NCBI GenBank assembly: GCA_905178155.1
Contig: CAJINV010000001.1
Location: 10,135,432 to 10,199,431 of the forward strand
DNA length: 64,000 nucleotides
Reading direction: 5' to 3'
DNA from: Amoebophrya sp. A120
Taxonomy: Eukaryota > Protista > Dinoflagellata
Below the pieces are notes generated by a model. The model was not told the DNA's origin, ran no database searches, and saw nothing but the letters and a program-made list of their open reading frames with translations. The translations under genes and the position numbers were made by a program. Positions 61,201-64,000 of the stretch are shown piece by piece (position 1 is the stretch's first letter; the number at the start of each line of letters is the position of its first letter).

Positions 61201-63475
61201 CGCGGGTGGCCGGACTCCAGACCACGGAAGAGGAGGACGATGAAAGAGAAAGGCGCAGCACTCTCGTCACGGGCTCCGGGGGCCCGGGCACCAGCGTCAC
61301 CGCGGCGAGCAGGGCGGCCGACCTCGTCGACGAAGAAGACGCGGAGGACATCGAGAGAGCGAAAGCGGCTATGGCCGCCGCCTTTGCCACCTCGGGCCCC
61401 TGTGCGGAAACGACTGACAGAATTCTGTACGGGAGCCCCGTAGCCAATGAACGGAACGAAGCGCGCCGTAAAATGGCGGCGGCCGACCGGAAGGCAAGCG
61501 CGGAAGCGCAGCTACTGGAAGACAACGAAAGCGATGCCGAAAGACGGACCACAGAGCGAAAAGCTGGCGGGGCGAGCGCGAGCCACAAACCGAAAATCAT
61601 TAACGCGCTCAAGAGAGTGAAAAAAGCTCTAATCAAAGACTACAGCGTCATTCGCCATGGTGACGCGATCTGGTTACTCTATTGCATCCTAGACAGCTGC
61701 TACGAAACCGAGAAGTCAAAACTCCCTCTACCAGCATGCCCTAACTAGTAGTAAACCAGTGACCAGCTCCTTCACAAGCTGCTGTATCATCTGGACCATA
61801 AAGAAACAAAGAAATATGATCCTCACAGGAGAGAAACGTACAACAACCTACTGACTAGCGTGGTCTTGGTATGACATAGCCTCCACGAGGTTGGTTGCTC
61901 GGTTGGTTCAACTTGGGACTTTATGACTTTTGGTTTTTATAGCTGCCTCACCGAGTGTCTCCCGATCGCCCACGCGTTCGAACTGCAGCTGGCCACGACA
62001 TCGTCGCGACTGCACCAGCACGAACACGCCCTCCCGGAACAGGAAGTGAAGAACCTGTATTTGATAGAAAGGCATCTGGACTGGTATCCTCTGCAAAAAT
62101 CACCTGCGTGCCCCACCAGTTTGTGTCCGCGAGTCATAAGAGAGAACCGCGCATCTGTATCAAACAACCGAAAAACAAAAGAAAGAAAAACGTTACAGCA
62201 CGGGTTTGGATTTGACATGAAGATTTTCTTCCTCAAAAACTATCCAGTTCATCTTTGTTTCGCAATGCAACAAGACATATATCCATAACCATATCGTGCA
62301 TGAGTATGACTATGACATATGGGTATGATGTTGATAGATGGGGATCGTTGTGTGGGCCGCGTGGAAGTTTTTGAAGGTGATACCTCGCTGGAGATGGAGC
62401 TGAAGCCATTCGAGCGGGTGCTGAAGTCCCTGGTTGAGAACTTTGAGGACCGAATACCCGCCGAGGTGCGCGGCTACCTAGAGGACGTGCAGGACAGTCT
62501 GCTGGAGATGATGGACAAGTTGTCGTGCTACCAGCGGTATCAAATGCAAATATGTCCGGGTCTGAGAAAATGTTGTGAACTTGTGATGCACATTTCAGAT
62601 GACACAAAAAGTAGTTCTCTTGCTTGGGCGGGAAAAGTTGCTCTTCATCTTGTTGTCATCAGAGGAACGCTGCATTTGTAGTCAACATCCAGGCGGATTA
62701 GGTATTAAGTATTGAGATTGAATAGAAACAGTCTCACCACCTGTGATGCTAGGGGCTTGCATGGCAGATCTACTTCCTGGCCACGCAGACACTGCATCAT
62801 AGACCTCAGCAAACTTCCAGAGGACCCAGACATATGATTTGCGTAGCATAAGCGAGAGTGCGAGTCGCTGAAGGCGGAGCGGCAGAGCTACGTGGACAGC
62901 AGTTTGAACCGGTTGCTCACAGTGTTGTATTGAGAGGAAAAATCCCCCCTCCCCATATCGAAAAGGTATGTTTCCGAAAAAGAAAATTTGTCTTGCTGAT
63001 TTGAGACCCCAAATCAAGTCTGTCTTGCAAGAAGACAACGCCGCAGGCCCTGCCGCACTATGCAGGCGGTTTGCCATGCTGTTGGGCCTACAGCATAGAC
63101 GTTTCTCATGCTAAGCGCCTAGGCCAAAAGCTCTCTACTCAGGCTCGGCAGGAGCCTGCAGCCCTCGCCAGCAAGACAGATCTGATTTGAGTACGCAAAT
63201 CCAGCATCAGAAACTTCGTTTTGATATGGGGAGGGGGGATTTTTCCTTTTGATATGTTGACCATCATCACCGCTGCGGCGCTGCCCGCGACCATGATCTC
63301 CGGGTATGCAGGCATGAACTTCGAGACCGCGGACGAGGAGAACCCCGGCCAGGCCGACCCGACCGATCCGTGGCTCACGTGGGAGTACGGTTGGGAGTCC
63401 TACTTCATCATCACCGGCTCGTTCACCCTACTATTCCTCTACTACATCATTGTGGCAGCGAGAGGACTGCTATAG
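58212..63475 (+). CDS. corA: CorA/Mrs2/Alr1-family Mg2+ transporter, 7 exons (approx. 58212-60111, 60358-60513, 60943-61700, 61947-62084, 62388-62537, 62856-62927, 63260-63475)
   Basis: YRIHPLAVEDAL, WLLYCILDSC|LTECLPI, SLNRLLTVL|TIITAAALPATMISGYAGMNF (GMN signature), then WEYGWESYF and a second TM helix. All six joins are in frame. Confidence 0.9.
60112..60352. mobile_element. Decayed TIR introner in CorA gene
   Basis: tatgagagtgtacaac...ctcatctg versus caaatgag...gttgtgcactcgcata. Flanks gccaa/ccgaa (3 of 5). Removing 246 nt gives AVRP-T-GDLVISI. Confidence 0.75.
60514..60942 (+). other. Canonical GT-AG intron in CorA gene, phase 1
   Basis: gaag|gtacaa ... tttacttcag|gttca, in frame. Confidence 0.75.
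61701..61941. mobile_element. TIR introner in CorA gene
   Basis: tacgaaaccgagaagtcaaaactccc versus gggactttatgacttttggtttttata. Perfect gctgc repeat at 61696-61700 and 61942-61946. Removing 246 nt keeps the frame. Confidence 0.82.
62085..62382. mobile_element. Decayed TIR introner in CorA gene
   Basis: tatcctctgcaaaaatcacctgcgtgccccac versus gtgggccgcgtggaagtttttgaaggtgata. Flanks actgg/cctcg (3 of 5). Removing 303 nt gives HLDW|LEMELKPF. Confidence 0.75.
62538..62850. mobile_element. TIR introner in CorA gene, family B-type ends
   Basis: tatcaaatgcaaatatgtccgggtc versus gacccagacatatgatttgcgtagcata. Flanks agcgg/agcga (4 of 5). Removing 318 nt gives YQR|ECESLK. Confidence 0.82.
62928..63254. 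mobile_element. TIR introner, family A copy 2
   Basis: Same TIR core (gaggaaaaatcccccctccccata) and alignable interior as 26066-26387. tgttg repeat at 62923-62927 and 63255-63259. Removing 332 nt restores CorA TM1 (LLTVL|TIITAA). Confidence 0.93.
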
Positions 63476-64000
63476 GAGATGGAAAGTCATCATGATGTTC
63501 ATGTTGATCACATCAGGTTCAGTGTGTGCTTTTCGATTTCGATTTCGTCTAGACAATAAGTTTAGTAGTTACTCGTTCCAGGTTTAGTTTGTCCTCGTTC
63601 TAGTACAATACATAGTACCATTGCGATTGGATGCACTTATTGAGAGCGACAGCGATCTTCCCCTTCCAGCAGATTGTTCGCTACGAAAATGCTTAGTCCC
63701 ACGCAGGGCTCCTTGGACCGATTGCTTGGCCAACGGCGTAAGACATGGTAAGTACCTTCCGAAGCGAAGATAAAACACAACCTATGATGGTGAATTTCCG
63801 GCGTGCTCGCAAATTTCAATTATTTGCGAAAACAAGGCGAGAGTGTGTTTGTAATGGCAAACGTGCTTCTACATTAAGATCAAGGACCATGACAACGCTC
63901 AATGTGTCCACCTGGAGTGAGGATCTTCGATTTTTGAGCTCGTAAGACAGAGACGGTTATGAACACGAAGGGGAAGAGGCATTTCCTTCAAATTTGGAGA

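Overview
This is eukaryotic (protist) genomic DNA, not prokaryotic, and every supportable gene lies on the + strand. About the first 51 kb is one giant gene that the ORF track fragments. The 8658-aa and 5322-aa ORFs and several smaller ones join in frame once introns are removed, giving at least about 15,300 aa, still open at the window's left edge. It carries a complete but insertion-expanded SecA-like ATPase, an OTU-like segment lacking its catalytic Cys, glycine-zipper hydrophobic segments and a tandem array of RRNAVY motifs resembling the PKA inhibitor PKI. Downstream are an unknown ORF, a NIPA-family Mg2+ transporter and a CorA-family Mg2+ transporter. Nine introns are not ordinary: they are MITE-like elements with terminal inverted repeats (usually TAT...ATA ends) flanked by 5-bp direct repeats, and removing the element plus one repeat restores the frame. 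Most lack GT-AG boundaries. This matches the introner-type non-canonical introns described in the parasitic dinoflagellate Amoebophrya, although the organism assignment is inference. One such intron holds a 3.15-kb nested insertion. All exon joins were derived by eye and lack transcript evidence.
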